Below the pieces are notes generated by a model that ran no database searches, had not been told where the DNA came from, and worked only from the letters and a program-made list of their open reading frames with translations. Of a stretch of DNA of 64,000 nt, positions 63,835 to 64,000 are shown one piece after another (position 1 is the first letter of the stretch; each line of letters begins with the position of its first letter). A program made the position numbers and the translations under genes. Source of the DNA: Leptogorgia sarmentosa (taxonomy: Eukaryota); NCBI GenBank assembly GCA_964658305.1, contig OZ210885.1, forward strand, positions 4,836,001-4,900,000, read 5' to 3'.

Positions 63835-64000
63835 CCCATTGTCCTGAAGCTTCTGAAACAACTGTTTTAGACATCGATCATGATCGTCATTGTCGATGCC
63901 ACCAATATAAATATCATCACTGATGTTCTTCACACACAGTATACCACGGATTGCATCACTAACTCTCTTCTGAAACATTTCCGCTGCACAAGAAAGTCCA
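63835..64000 (-). pseudogene. Ty3/Gypsy RT catalytic core (continuation of 26106-26704; runs off window)
   Basis: Minus strand reads GLSCAAEMFQKRVSDAIRGILCVKNISDDIYIGG..HDRCLKQLFQKLQDNG and joins LTINLPKC at 26703. Confidence 0.92.

Noticed and set aside
1..64000. tRNA/rRNA genes, 2A-like (NPGP) peptides, conventional host exons
   Set aside because: None recognised by eye; small host exons or SINEs could have been missed without searches.

Overview
This window is eukaryotic (animal) DNA made almost entirely of nested transposable elements. The TE families resemble those of cnidarians/corals, which is inference only. I found no ordinary host gene, rRNA, tRNA or CRISPR. From 1 to 17.7 kb it holds decayed pieces: a hAT right end, a minus-strand LINE, a DIRS element split by an internally deleted RTEX-like LINE, a BEL/Pao element split by an L2, a CR1/L2-type LINE carrying a Tc1/mariner-type MITE, and a DIRS gag. 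From 17.7 kb to the end is one minus-strand Ty3/Gypsy element whose pol is interrupted twice. The first insertion is a full-length BEL/Pao element (262-bp LTRs, ATGAT TSD). The second is a 37-kb block (26705-63834) made of one CR1/L2-type LINE in four pieces. That LINE hosts an RTEX-like LINE (which contains an intact LINE and an ISL2EU-type THAP-DDE + SWIM-YqaJ transposon, itself carrying an intron-rich Kolobok), a hAT with a vertnin-like OTU module, and a two-gene Harbinger containing another RTEX-like LINE. Most junctions rejoin the host reading frame. The best leads are a BEL element with no tRNA PBS whose PBS position is complementary to its own LTR (candidate Tf1-like self-priming), one-sided CpG loss between its LTRs, an OTU-like module upstream of a hAT transposase, and a possible TBP-like domain in LINE ORF1 proteins. 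Family calls rest on motif recognition by eye; no database searches were run.
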